A stretch of DNA of 64,000 nt from Negaprion brevirostris (taxonomy: Eukaryota), in assembly GCA_030324005.1 (NCBI GenBank), contig JARDVH010000031.1, forward strand, positions 40,287,203 to 40,351,202, read 5' to 3'. The notes under the pieces are model-generated. The model was given only the letters and a program-made list of their open reading frames with translations, was not told the origin of the DNA and made no database searches. Positions 11,871-24,547 of this stretch are shown here, piece after piece. The position numbers and the translations under genes were made by a program. Within the stretch, counting starts at the first letter, position 1. Each line of letters begins with the position of its first letter.

Positions 11871-14202
11871 GTAAAATATTATCATCACAATGTTTTAATT
11901 TTAAAGTATTTGCTAATTAATTTTATTCCAGTAAATACTTCTGTCACAGCCATGAATGCAGATTTTGGAAAATACCTACTTAATGCCCCGTGTTGCACTA
12001 AAATGGGAATACGTTGATGAACTATCATAGAAATGATACAGTTTGCAATGATTGCTGCTTACAATCATTGTGCAGCAGGAATAAAACATGTTTCCAGTAA
12101 AGTGGAGGTGTATCTGATGAACGTAGTATCTTGAATTCCCCACCACCAATAAAGCTCTTCCAATAATTATTCTTCTCCCAACTGTGCCAAAGCAGATCTC
12201 CCAGAATCCGTTAAAGACTGCAGACTGTGTCTCTCTGATGGGAAATGGTTTCCTTCCCACTTCCAACTGTGGAAGCTCACACAGTCAAACAGCTTTTTCT
12301 CTCTGCTGACTATATGTAACCTTGGCTAGCTTAATATGGCATTTGTTAAAGAAGCCTGCAACCTGAACTCAAAAATGGCTTCCTCGGCCTTCTCCTAACA
12401 TTGTGAAAAATATTATCTTTGTCTCTAGGTAGAAATGCTTATTGGCTATCCTTGATCACTACTCTTCATCTTAAAAGTAAATGGAACATATATAACATAA
12501 CCGTTTACCAACTGATACACCTAACACCTTTCTAGAAGACTCCAAGTTAACTCATTGCAAACTCAGAGACTGCTGCCATTTCTCCAAATGTAAATATCTT
12601 GCAATGTCTTCTCAGCCTTCCTTTGAGTTTCCTAACAGCCAAACCACCCAAGACTTCTCTCGGGTAAACCATAGAAGAATTCACATATCTTGCTTCATGT
12701 ACCCTAAATATAAAGCTACAGTTCCCAAACATAATAACTTTTCAAACCTCATGATTATAACATTATATACCAGTATGTTTTCTTAGGAACAAATGAAAAA
12801 ATAAATTTGACAGGTTTTGCAGGGTGGGTTGATTATGAATCCAACACCAACAAAGGACTTTTAATTGCACCAGTTTTCCAATGTTGTTTTTTCCATTCTT
12901 CTTCCCCTCCTTTTGGCATTTCTCATTGTGGTGACTAATTTTGTTCCAGATTCTAGCAAGTTTTCTGCAATGAGTTCTATTCTACTAGGAATTTCAATGG
13001 AAAATGGTACATTTAAGACACTAGAATCTGTGGGATGCAGGACATCTCTAGAGAGGCTGAAGCACAGTGTCATGGGAAATAGGATGGTCCTGTGTGAATT
13101 GGAACTGAAATGTACTGGGGAATTTTACAGACTGCACAGGGACTATCATTACTTTCACTGCAGTCATGAAGGCAATGTAGTATTCAAGTATCAAAGTGCA
13201 TATTACTCTCATTGTTCTGTGCTTGTTCACTGGGTTTAATTTCATTGTATTAATTTAGACAATTCAGAAATGATCTCATCTTGACATGTGGTGTATCAAT
13301 ATCATCTTTTGGATTAGTTTGGTGAGCAATAAGTTGCAGTGGACATGTGCAATCTACAAAGGTGTGTGCTAAGGACTGTGAGTTCTCTCAAGATCAGAAA
13401 ATTAAGTCAAGAAGGAAAATGATTTATGTCCAACAGTAATAATGAAGACCAAGTATTTGAGACAAACAGTATGAAACTCAGAGGTAGATTGTGTACAAAG
13501 GAGGAATTTGAAGAAGGCTTTTGGTATAATTCCTAATGGTGATGTGCACCATTCTGGATATTAATCACATAAAGGAGTGTGAGTTGAAATAAAGGCCCTG
13601 CATAAAAAGGAAAGCATAATATGTACTTGTTTTGTCTTTGAATATCTGTGAATCTGATGAAAAGTAAATATGTTGTTGGTAGATATGCTATAGTGTTTTT
13701 GCACGTTATATACGATTAAGTATATGTGTGCGTGTATATACGTAACTGAAATTTTGAGATTTTCTCTTAAATAAAATTCAATTAATATACTAACATGGTA
13801 TAGAATGAAGATCAAAACTATTACTTATCTTTGCTGTTTCTCTGGGTGCTAATTAGATGTTTTGAAAATGCCCTGTCACGTCGTTGATCATGAAAATAGG
13901 GTGCAATATGGATAAAGAACACATTATTTACGCTAAAGTCTAACGTTCTGGTCAAAGGGATGACATTTGGTGTACTTGTTTTTGGTGTTCATTTCAGCGT
14001 TTTTTAGGTGGTAATGAACGATATTTAGAGTGAGATGACCTACCTTGTTATCTGTTCTTATACTAATTCCAGCAAAAAAGCGCTACGTAACTGTATATGG
14101 TTTCATGTAAACTACATTACCTCAATTTCTGTTGAATGAACAGAATGCGCGATGAAACGCAATCGATAAACTTTTCAGCAAAGACGACAATGTTCAGGTC
14201 CA

Positions 14203-14349
14203 TAAAAGCAAATTATTGCGGATGCTGGAATCTAAAAGTAAAAGAGAAAATGCTGGAAAATCTCAGCAAAAAGTCACCTAGACTCGAAAAGTCAGCCCTT
14301 TTCTCTCCTTGCAGATGCTGCAGGCCCGTTGAGATTTTCCAGCATATTC
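14203..14349. repeat. Internally deleted copy of the fold-back element
   Basis: TAAAAGCAAATTATTGCGGATGCTGGAATCT...AAAAGAGAAAATGCTGGAAAATCTCAGCA...CAGATGCTGCAGGCCCGTTGAGATTTTCCAGCAT directly matches 2043-2290. Confidence 0.8.
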
Positions 14350-15154
14350 AGGTCCAATTATCGTCGTCCTCATTTATGAACTAAACTGGACAACTCCTTA
14401 CTTTCTAGGACATAACTGCAGGTTAGGTGGTTTGGGTGAAACACCATGTAGAGCAGAAAAGCTTGTTGCAAAAAAAAATGCATTTATCTTTTGTAGTATA
14501 ATAATCCATTCCATGTTTTCTCTCTGATACTAATACCGTTTGATCATTCACTGTGGTTGTTGGTTTACAATTGGATATTCTGTCTGACCCTGTATCCTCA
14601 ATCTGTTGAAGATCAAGAAACTATCCGTTATTTTTAAACACCAAGTAAGCTAGTTAATAGCTGATGAAAACATTAATTTTGGGTTCCATCTGATCCACTG
14701 CAAGGCACTGACTGTACAGTAGTTTTTTTCAAAAATATTTTCAAGATTGCAGAAACTTGTCAAGTATAACACACAATTGGGACGCACTATGTTTTTTTAA
14801 ATTTACTTATAACTCCACTGCTTACATAAATGTTAGTATCGCTCATATCCTATGTTGAAATGTGAAAATAGTAGTAGCGTCATCAAAATGTATGATCGTC
14901 GGTTTTTTTAAAAAATATTTTAACCTAACTGTTGCTTCGCGACACTCTTTCGGCTTGTGAGATTTAAATTAGATTATAAACATCATGTTGGAAAGAGATA
15001 ATTGATGGGACCGGTCATGTTAATCATTGTAGCTACGGGGGAGTTGAATGTTAGTAAGTCTACAGGAACAATTACAAGTGAATCTCTTTCTCCGAGAGCG
15101 TAGAGATTCCATTACTAACCATCTGCAATTCAAAGTGAATAAGTCAAGCGCGTG

Positions 15155-15340
15155 AACAAATATAGGAAATGGGAGCAGGCCACTCGGCCCCTCGAACCTG
15201 CTTCACCATTCAATAAGATGCTGGCTGATCTGATTGTAACCTTAACCTCACATTCCTACATAACCCCGATAACCTTTTACCGCCTTGTTACTCATGAATC
15301 TATCTGGCTCTGCCTTAAAACATTCAAAACCCAGAGAGTC
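15155..15340 (-). mobile_element. CR1-clade LINE 3' end
   Basis: GGAGCAGGCCACTCGGCCCCTCGAACCTGCT...CCATTCAATAAGATGCTGGCTGATCTG is the reverse complement of a tail like that at 510-585. Confidence 0.75.
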
Positions 15341-15599
15341 TTTAGGCATTGCTAATTTTCATCGTTTCCGGATTTAAATAGGCTGGAGAAGATATTTATT
15401 CCTTAATTTTATCTTATTTAGGATAAATTACAATAATGACGAGTTTAAACATATTAACTATCCTAGCTGAATTAGTTACTGCAAATGGTTTAACATACAT
15501 TGTAATGATTTCATTCTTCCATTCTATATTAGAATATTAATAAGAAAGGATTAACTTGCATTCATTCAAAGCCTCCTGACACTGCCGCTAAATGACGCG

Positions 15600-15965
15600 T
15601 GGGCAGCGTTGTGCTTTTGGGGAAAGGCAGCAGTTAATTTGCGCACACTGAGATCTCAGGAATGGGCTGTCAGATCGTGTGGATTTTTGTCCTGCTCCCA
15701 CAGGTCTGTTTTGGTGATTTGGGTTGATGGATAAATATTAGCCAGGACATTGGAAAACGTCCCTGCTGTCCCTCGAATAGTGCCATCGGATATTTCGAGT
15801 GTACCTGAGAGAGCAGATAAGGTTCGCTTGAACATCTCCGAAAGAACAGCGCGGCACTTGGTGCTACATCATGCGTTGTGTGCTCAGAACCCTGCAGTGG
15901 GGCTTTAACGCCGCCCCCCCCCCTCCCTCCTATCTCAAAGGCTGCTCATGAACCTCGGCTGATAC
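15600..15965 (-). mobile_element. DeuSINE (SacSINE1/AmnSINE1-like)
   Basis: GCAGTTAATTTGCGCACA...GGATAAATATTAGCCAGGACA...CGAATAGTGCCATCGGAT...ACCTGAGAGAGCAGA...TGTGCTCAG..CCCTGCAGTGGGGCTT matches the Deu-domain SINE consensus as I recall it. Confidence 0.7.
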
Positions 15966-18900
15966 TTNNNNNNNNNNNNNNNNNNNNNNNNNNNNNNNNN
16001 NNNNNNNNNNNNNACCAAAGTTATTTGGGTCAATTTTCCTTAGCGAATTAGTAAACCACACAATTAATTTCTAAAATCAAATAAATAGCCACGGTTGACA
16101 ATTACAAGAGCTATATCGTTACAATTAGGTTTCTGACTAAGCATTGAGCGAACCCGTAAATATTCCATTCCGTTATTCTAAAGGAAAGCACTGCTTTTCT
16201 AGAGTGCACTCGATACATTCGCTAACCGCATTTCCCATTCTGATTGTGGTGACCACCACAAATCACCTCTGAATCCTGGTAGCTGTAATGCGAGAATGTG
16301 ATTTCATGTGGCATTAAATAATTCATTCCGACGCCTTGTTTGATGTGAAGGGGCTTATCGACGAAAAAGCTGGCATCCTAGCCTGCAAAAAAATTTTTTA
16401 AATTATTTCTGCGATTTTCAATAAGCGCTTTTAAACAGGCATCAAACATTTAAAAATGAATCTCCCCAAGATTGTGAACAATTTAAAAAATCGTTTATCA
16501 TCTAAATGGTTGATTGTACATATAAAATGGAAAAGTAGCTGGAATTATCTGATGTATTTTCTTGATTAGAAATAAATGTAAAACAAACTATCTTTGACAT
16601 AAATACTGTAGTGACAGGCAGCTGTGTAAAATTCGGGAAACGAACTATTGAAAGTAATGGTGCAAACATTGTTGGAAGCAATTTTTGAGACTGTTCAGGA
16701 ATGAAACCAGAAAGTATTTCTGAACAGCAAATGTTAAATGTCAGCTCCGGTCAATTTCCATTTATGTTAGTAATTAAGAGACACATATCTAGACCTAAAC
16801 GCGGAGACAAAACCTTACTTTTCCTTTTAAAGTATATATATATTTTCGCTGGGGATTGAATTGTTTTCACTTTAGGCATCCGGTTCCAGCATTAAACACT
16901 TCCAGGTCGGAATTAAAGCATATTTTTATTTCGCCCCAACAATGTGTGCTGTTGCACGGAGATGGCTAGTTTCTCCATTTCCCACAGTGTACTCATGGCC
17001 TCTCTGAGTAAGCTGCCAATTAGTGCCCAATTAGAGACAGTTTTGTGCTACATGTCTGTGCCAACTGGATACTGCCCAAGCCCTCTTTAGCCAGGGCCCT
17101 AATAATCTCATTATATCTGACAGCACTGGATTTGAGTTTAGGTGCCAGAGGTGAAAGGCCAATATCTAATCAACGGGACGAATCCTTCCCTACAAAACTT
17201 CACATGTTTGATGAATTTATGTTGTTTGGAAAATGCCTTGACAGGTTAATGCATCCTGACTGTTTTACTTTGTGTTTAATATGCCTCAGAAAGGAAAGAT
17301 CCGTAACGTTCTCGCGAAACATTGGCTATCCTGGCCTAGTACTTAAGGAAATACTTCATTTAAGATAAGTGTATAATTCAAAATAATTTCTCGACTCGCA
17401 TTGATAATGTCGGGTGAGATAAGCACATGTTTTTGTTTGTGAACCGGAAGGCTAGATTTGGGGTAATTGCATTATGATGATTGAAACATGTGCAAACGTT
17501 CGCCAATATTTGTACAGAAAGGAGGCAAAGATGTGTGTTTTAAAACTGGGTGTTAAGTGCGAAGTAGATCGAGCCCCGTTCACCCCCTTTACTCAACAAT
17601 CACGTTGTTTCGATTCCAGAAATTCATTTCGCTCAAGAAGCCATGATGCCCCTCGAAATCGTCTTAGTTTCATGATGCATTTTGGCAACACGCATAATAG
17701 GTTCAAGATTAAACGAAGCGCAGTGGTCCAGAGGTATTATGGTATCATTTCACTGTGATTCTATCATGAGGTCACATCAGATAAAATGTACCCAGTGATT
17801 TAATTATTTTCAAGAGTCCCCATTAGGAACACGTAGAAACGTTGTAACCTCACGCCTGTGAACTTCTGTGAAATGAACGCTTGAAAGTTCATTAAAAGAG
17901 ACATGTACAACGAATACGTGATCTTCAGATGATTGGCTTTTTAAAAATGTATCCATTATTATGTTTACATCAGCTCGCATTTCGAGAACCAACGCTTCAG
18001 TCTTTGCAAAAGAGGAATGTGAAATGACCACATTGCATGTAGCAGATATTAAGCTGATTGTCGGGAGGAACTTGGTTACAGTCAGAACACCAACACAGCA
18101 ACATTTAAAATAATCCATACATAATCATAAGACCTGATTCACTATCCGATTTCAACCCTACAAGATGTATGATGCAAACATCTCGCTTGAAGGGAACCTT
18201 ATACTAAATGTCGCCAAACTGGAATAAGTTTCTTACAAACCCCGCACGTTTAGAATACTAACCAGTTGATCCTGTATCTAATGTTTTATTTTCTTTAGCT
18301 TTATCGATTTTAATGAACTATGCTGACTTTACATATTGATTCATTTAGTCTGCAATTGGCGAGAGTCTTTAACCAGGTTTAGCATATTCTGGTAAATTAG
18401 GGATGCACAAATTAGGTTAGACTAAATTGAATACTAATGCCAAGGCAGAGATCTTTACCGTAGTGTTTCAGTACCTGACACTGTGCAATGTCATAGCTAA
18501 TCCCAAGAGCAGAGGCAGATTCTGCAAGTAACTCTTGCTAATCGGTTGCCATAATGCAACATGCCTATAACATATGAAGCTTGTCATGGTCCTGGCATAT
18601 TACCTCGTCAGTTTCATCATGGTTCATTTTTGCATAACGAATATAAAATGTAATAATCGACCACAAGGAATGGGGATGTAATTTTTTCTTATAAACCTTT
18701 TGGAAAAGGAATGAAATAGAAGACTGAAGTACATTTATAACAAATTTCTTAGTAACGTGGTCCCGCACTTCAGCGCCAATAGGTACAAGTATCAGTGATT
18801 GTTTCTGATGACGAATTCAGCTCATGCATACAAAAATATGTCTTAAAGGGTGAAATGGAGCGACTTAACTAAGCACATGTCCGAATGTAATATCATAAGG

Positions 18901-20426
18901 AACAGCATTGGTATGACAATATACAACATCGGTTTTCAGTGAGATCCCTACTTGTTAGTTACGAAGCCGGATCAAACTTAAATTGAGTAAATGCTCGTAT
19001 AGTCCCTATTTCAGTATACACGCAGGACTAAACTCTGGCAATATGTTATTGGGAACAATTCATATAGCGTAATCGGCCACGGTAGATTCCTATCTCGTTA
19101 GAGCGTGACTTATTTTACTTCGGGGCAAGGCATTTCAAAGAGAGAGCTACAAATAGAAAGCAATGTATTAAATATAATTTTAAACGTTGGTATAATATTG
19201 AAATAGAACTGCTGTTCAGCTGTTCACAGTAAAACGCATATATGCCAATTAAAATAATTTGCCGCTGATATATTTATTTTCTCATTATCAGTGCCAATAA
19301 AAACGCGACAGGGACTAGTTTGTTGAAGAAAGAAAAATTCGTTAACATCATGAACGTTTCGCTATACACCGGATTACATTGTCTATCAGTGTTAAACGGT
19401 GCTGAATGGATTCGATACATTTTTATGAAGACCCGTCCTGAAATAATTTCATGCCGCAACTGTTACCGACTGTAACCTACAGTTAGTGTGATAGGGGGCC
19501 TTTCATTGCTGGGAATGGGCTTCGCCAGTTTGCTGTAAGCACGTGAAATGTTTACGTCGAACAAATGTAAACGTGCGCATTGTATGTAATGATATAGCTA
19601 ATCTCGAACCGTAATTGCGACTTGATTTCTGTGTCAATACGTTGAATTTCCAACCTCCCGAATTTACTTGGAGCACGTGTATGTGCAAATGATTAGCGAG
19701 GAACACAATGTAACAACTCATGATTCAGTGAGAGGCTCAATCCGGTGGCAATTACAATGTAGATAAATACCAAAATGAACAAGCCACAAATTATGTTCGT
19801 CTTTACTCAGTATTTGGACAATCTGCATATTGAAGCAGCGGTGAGCCGATGAGGCGTGGCCACTCAGCAGCATGTTGTTCCAATTGGCTGCAAAGAGCTG
19901 TCAGTTATGTTCACTGTCCAAATGTCCTAACAAAATGTTTATATTCATGAGATGTTTCTAGGGTAAACTGATAAAGTTTAAACAAAACGGAGAATGCCTG
20001 ATATGTTTCCTGCTCCAAGATATATATGCCCATACGTATAATATAATCTGTGCTTTAAAGAGTCTGTCATCTGTGGCTCGAGTAACCTAGTTAGTTTTTC
20101 AATGCACTTATCTTTCGGGCAGCGGTTAGTTCAGTTGGTTAATGGTACATGGGTCAGATTAATATCAACAGCACGGAGATCGAACCCCATTCCAGCTCCT
20201 CATCCTACCCATTAGTAAAAATCACAGCAAATTGCTTAAGCAGACGAACATTATATATTGAAGAAGAAAAATGTTGTAGGGAGCAAAGAGCAGAATCAAC
20301 GGTGTCAGGGAATAGCCCATCAATGGTACGCCCTTCTTGTTTGCCATGAACACCGTGGACCAGTGGCATATTAATTGTGCGTCAGTCATAAAGCAACATT
20401 AAATATTCATTTATGCAGTACTACAA

Positions 20427-20439
20427 TGAACTTTGACCT
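20427..20439 (-). promoter_or_regulatory. Consensus DR1 nuclear-receptor element
   Basis: Minus strand AGGTCA-a-AGTTCA. Confidence 0.5.
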
Positions 20440-20625
20440 TTAAAGCTTATCTAAAGATAAGATGTGCACATTACATTAATGTATGCATTCACAAGTTAAA
20501 ACAAATTGGTGGGGAAACGACAAACATATATTTCATGCCTGTTATTGAAATATCTGTACACATATATTGATCGCAACAGAAATGGATAAAGATTAAGAAT
20601 CGACCTCGATCGTTTTGCTTTCTCA

Positions 20626-20642
20626 TGAACTTTCAGTGAACC
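20626..20642 (-). promoter_or_regulatory. DR5 retinoic-acid response element 3' of HoxD1
   Basis: Minus strand GGTTCA-ctgaa-AGTTCA, one spacer base from the Hoxa1 3' RARE (GGTTCA-ccgaa-AGTTCA). It lies ~3.1 kb past the HoxD1 stop. Confidence 0.75.
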
Positions 20643-21699
20643 TGGCGCTTGGGGGTGGGATCGGTGGGATGCCTGCTGTGGTTCACCCTTCTACAACCCC
20701 TTTCAGGCAGAGTAAATATTGAATAGTCCTTCCGCTCTGGGCAGAAATAAAACTGGATATCAAACAAGTGCAAACGACTATTGTGACCCTTACAATGCAG
20801 TCACAGTTACGAACAGTTTTCGTATTGTGCTAATAAAATCCCTGGCATCCCCCACCTCTTCAGGGGCTTTGGGGGAGTAATCAGGACTGGGATCAGAGGT
20901 ATGATAACATAAAAGCGAACAATAGGCGCCTAACAGCAAGAGACAAGACAAAGAGCCAGCAAGTTTATAACATGCAATCGCGCCAGGATATGCCATTTCC
21001 CGGGGCGTAACCAAGCATTACTTATTCAGACTCTCAAAAAATATCACATTTTAAAACCACACTTCTGGCCTGCGTGAAGCATGTGCCTCTGCCTGAAAGC
21101 AAAATAGAAATTTTGTGCAATCAGGTTTCAGATAAAACACGTCTTTCTGGGCACAGTAGAGCTCGGAGATTGCCCATTGCGAGCCACCATCAAAGCATTG
21201 CGGATTCCATATCAAAGATCTCCGTGCTGATTCCCAAGGAGATCATTGTAAATTTTACGACTTGAGCAGCTCTTTGAAATGCCGCTTCTCAGGGGCCGCT
21301 GTGTGTTATTTTAGTGCAACTGTAATTAACACCAAGTTGTTAAGGCCAAATGGTCGAAATGTTTGAGAGAAAAATATAGGCATGTTCATTTGTGCCTTAT
21401 ACAACATGTGGTCGAAGTATGCACTGACACTTTGAGTGTGATTCACCAGTTTGCACTCATACACAATTACAGAAAAGCAAAAATCAAGATTGAAGAGTTT
21501 TATGTTCAGTTATTACAGTGATTAGGTTTCCTTGCCTCACAAAAAACGCTGCAGCTCAATTTTTAAACAAACATTCCAGCAAAGCCTAAAGATGGGATTG
21601 TGTATATATTTAAAATGTTTAATCATAACCGGGCCATCTAAAGCCTGTTTCAACTTGGTATACAGATTTACTTTGCCCAAGTTTAATCCTACAATCGCT

Positions 21700-21805
21700 C
21701 CTACATGACACAGTGACCTCGCTTCAAAAGTATTTTATTGGCTGTAAAACTCTTTGAGGCGCCCTGAAGTCATAAAATGCGTTAAATACAAACACGTTCT
21801 CTTTG
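21700..21805 (+). mobile_element. DeuSINE/L2-type 3' tail
   Basis: ACAGTGACCTCGCTTCAAAAGTATTTTATTGGCTGTAAAACTCTTTGAGGCGCCCTGAAGTCATAAAATGCG is the sense version of the motif seen reversed at 8040. Confidence 0.6.
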
Positions 21806-23761
21806 CCTTCCCTTTGAGTAGCCTGAACTACAGCATCAATTTCACACCGACACATAGGCTCAATTTCAGGTAATGCCAAACATATCAATGAACCAGTAAA
21901 TGGTTGCTCGAAATTCCTATTAACATCCAAGGGGGGAAAAAAAGGATGATTTGTACCAAAATTTCAACGGGCTAATTACATCGCTATGCTAACTTTAAGG
22001 ACTCAACGAATCTTGAATCGGTACAAAAATTAAGTTCGGGTCTTGAATCACTGCAACAGTCAGCTTGAAGTGTAGTTATAGACCTTTAAGCAGCATTATG
22101 CACAACACGTCGCTACGAATTATAATTCGAAAATAATTGTGACATGTTAACATGGAAACAGTCATTTTAAACTGATGTTACGATTTTGACATATTGTTTG
22201 TGAAAAACAAGCAATATGTTATTTTTTATATTTTTGTTTTAATAGAATGCTGAAGATTATTTTTTCCCGAAAGTTCCCACCGTCACTGTTGGACTCGCAT
22301 TCTCCTAACCAATACTAGTGAGAGGTAACTTGTGTTTAAAGCTGCGTGGCATAGACTTTCAGCTGATCAGCCGATTCATGGAAACCAATTCAAACGAGCA
22401 TACGAGTCTCAAATGATGTTCAATTGATTTGGAAATTGAATGGATGTTTTCCCTCTTGCATTCATCATTAGGTCGGAAGTTGCTGAGCGAAGATGTTTAA
22501 TCCAAGAGGACTCATCATAACTTGTTAACAATGCAAAGGCCCGCTTCTTCCCTGAGAAGGGAGAACTATCACTAAATACATTTTTTCAAAAATAGCTTAG
22601 ATTCAACTGAAGTTACTAACAGAAATAACAGTAAAAGATAAATGTTAAAGTCTCTTATTTCAACTGCAGATAACCACTCACATTTTAATATCAGAATCGT
22701 AAAATCACTGATTGTGCTGAAATGGTGTTAACTAATCAAGATTTATCTGAAAGTGGGAGACAATGGCCTTCTTGTTTATTTTATGTATCAGTGCGTAAAA
22801 TTCATTGAGTCACACATTTTAGTTCATATTTGCATTAAACTGGAGATTGTTGCCTTCACGCACTTTCCAGATTAAAGTGGATGTCTTGGTCGAACCCTGA
22901 AATCCAATTCAAAGCTGCACTCAACAGAAAATTCGAGAGGTTTGAAAGCATTACATGTGTTCTGACATATTTTATTCCACGGCCTTTGCATGTTCCTACT
23001 ATTGAGCATTATAATTGTACAGTGGCAGTAACTACAGCCGATAAACAGTTTCCGATAAAGAATGGATTAAGTTATAAGCTTTTAAGTCAATTCGCAATAG
23101 AGCAGAATACATCATGACGAGTCTTTAATATACAATGGTTAAGTATCACAGAGGTAGAGTAGCCAAGTAACATAATACTAAGGAAAGAATGCTAGATAGG
23201 CACAGTGTTACATAGCAGCAACCACAATCTTTCAACCTGAGGCATAATTGTGCAAACTTCACTCATTGAGGAGTTACGTCGAACATGCTACGTTACATTC
23301 GTCAATGTCATCGCACATAAATCAATAAAAAATACAGTACATGTAAACAATTCCTTTTACGCAAGTAAGAGTTTCAGCAAGGCAGTTCAGAGCAAAAACC
23401 TGGTAAATTGGGGCAGTTTGTTGTTGTTGAGACTTTGTTTATAAAGCCTTACACACTGCCTGTGCAAACGTGTTAAGAAAAGAAATACACTTCACACTAC
23501 TTGAGGTGATACATTTTGTTTAGCCTTCTCACTTTAACTGTGTTTATGTTGCTACACATTGCAGGTCAAAGTGGAAACTTTGGCCAAACCATTTGGAGTC
23601 CATTTCAATATGTTACAGAGTTTTAAACCATCTCAAACCAATATATTCAAACAATCGAGTCTGCGTCTCTTGATCGAATAAAAGTGAACACTTTGGTCGT
23701 GTTCTAAATGATTGCGATATTTTCCGCCAAAAAAGCGTTGAAAGTTAAGGCCTCAGGAGAG

Positions 23762-24117
23762 TTACTTCTGCTCAACAAAGTTTGGAGTTTCTGACGAGCT
23801 CTTTGTGGGTGGGGAAGGTAAAGGCGAGGTAGTGTCCGAGCTTTCTGTGGATGCTGAATCCTGACTACAGTTCACAGAAGCCACATTGGCCAGAAAACCT
23901 TCTCTCTCCCTCTTCTTCTGTTTCATTCTTCTGTTCTGGAACCAGATCTTCACCTGGGTTTCACTCAGTTGTAACGCGTTTGCTATTTCCACACGTCTGG
24001 CTCGCGTTAGGTATTTGTTAAAATGGAATTCCTTCTCCAGCTCCGTCAGCTGTTTGGTGGTGAAGTTTGTACGCGGTGTGCTCGGAGGGCTGAGGACTCC
24101 GTAGTCAGTCGTTTTGG
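23762..24117 (-). CDS. HOXD1: HoxD1 exon 2 (homeodomain)
   Basis: Acceptor TTTTGTAG|CC. Encodes [70 protein letters not shown] (paralogy group 1 homeodomain) through a TAA stop. Confidence 0.95.
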
Positions 24118-24547
24118 CTACAAAATGACATAGTTAGGCAGTTATAGTTAGGCAGAGTATTCCAGTGGAAGACATAGAGTTAGTAAGCTAATTTATTTCA
24201 CAGTGCCACTTATTTCCCAATCTCCCACCCCCGAAAGTGTTATTGAAAACGATTCCATTCTCAGTGTCATTGCTCCAGCACAACTAACGGCAATGATATG
24301 AGCCGGAATTGGGGGTGGGGGGNNNNNGGAATTGTGTGCAGGAGGCGAAACGATTGGAACAGCGGTGCACTTCACCCTTAAGGGTCACTTCATCTCAATA
24401 AATTGACACTGTCAATGAAAGGGTTAATACAGAATTAATGCTTTGAACGAATCTTACAGAAGGCCAATAAACTGCAGCAGCCTTTATACATACGCACAAT
24501 ATATATTCTGCACTTTCAGCTCCAGATTTCCGAGGTAATTGACTGAC

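Noticed and set aside
20117-20200. tRNA-like sequence with A/B-box-like motifs
   Set aside because: No cloverleaf or terminator; best explained as a decayed tRNA-derived SINE head, too weak to list.
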